This document shows, piece after piece, positions 27,473 through 27,975 of a DNA stretch of 27,975 bases (the first letter of the stretch is position 1; each line of letters opens with the position of its first letter). The translations under genes and the position numbers were made by a program. The stretch spans positions 1 through 27,975 of the forward strand of contig JBHIFL010000054.1 in NCBI GenBank assembly GCA_046761065.1, read 5' to 3'. The notes below the pieces were generated by a model that searched no databases, was not told the origin of the DNA, and saw nothing but the letters and a program-made list of their open reading frames with translations. This stretch comes from Candidatus Heimdallarchaeota archaeon. GTDB taxonomy: Archaea > Asgardarchaeota > Wukongarchaeia > Wukongarchaeales > JBHIFL01.

Positions 27473-27975
27473 TAAGAAATCCCGCCTTCACAGAATATTT
27501 TTACACTTACACATATTAAAATAACATCAAACCAAAATTTTGCTTGCTTGTACAATCCTAAGTGATAATAAATTCAATTCGTAGCTCTTTTTTGATAAAA
27601 AATTAGACTTTGATTAAACATCTTTCGATTTCTATTTTTTATCTCTACAATTAGCTAGTACTCTGTTACACCAATATTAAGGGGAGATATCTAAAGATAT
27701 GATGAACTCACTTCAAACATTCCTTTGCTGCCAGTTAAACGTATCTGGTTACCTTAACCGAGGTGAACGCACCTCATTCAACTAGCATTAGGAAAGAGAA
27801 GTAAGAAGGTGGAGCTGACAACGGAATGAGCAGTGGAAAAGAGTGGATTGGCCGTTTATGACGGTTGTTGCTCGAGTTCGTCTTAAGCGACTTTACCCAC
27901 CACATTCAGAGTAAGTGAGTACTAGCTTCTTTCAGTTCTAAAAAGGGCATCACTTTGAAAGAAAAAACTGATTTC

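Noticed and set aside
1-27975. CRISPR arrays, tRNA or rRNA genes
   Set aside because: No regularly spaced direct repeats, cloverleaf or rRNA-like segments were noticed by eye.

Overview
AT-rich archaeal-looking accessory and metabolic region. An Asgard-like host is an inference from gene content, archaeal TA families and C-terminal membrane anchors, and is not proven. Contents, left to right: an amidase; an RNase HIII; a membrane-anchored SUOX-fold Mo enzyme; a SAM methyltransferase; two tandem USP-like paralogs; a small orphan gene; a PLP aminotransferase; a corrinoid protein translationally coupled to a pyrrolysine-free MttB methyltransferase; a GT4 glycosyltransferase; a lipoate-protein ligase; a surface DOMON protein; a DUF488 protein; an MNT-HEPN TA module whose toxin carries three frameshifts; a second pyrrolysine-free MttB; a complete GC-rich 1533-bp IS (perfect 22-bp TIRs, 9-bp TSD) encoding an atypical Zn-ribbon/HTH/DDE transposase with about 180 aa between the second Asp and the Glu; a Liv-type ABC importer whose LivM has a large extra repeated membrane domain; a doubly inactivated vapBC pair; and a small 8-Cys protein. 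The best novelty candidates are (i) the IS with its inserted, AT-hook-like-containing transposase domain, (ii) a putative methylated-amine/betaine uptake and corrinoid-demethylation cluster using two non-Pyl MttBs, and (iii) the expanded LivM permease. All family assignments come from motif recognition by eye, and no database searches were run.
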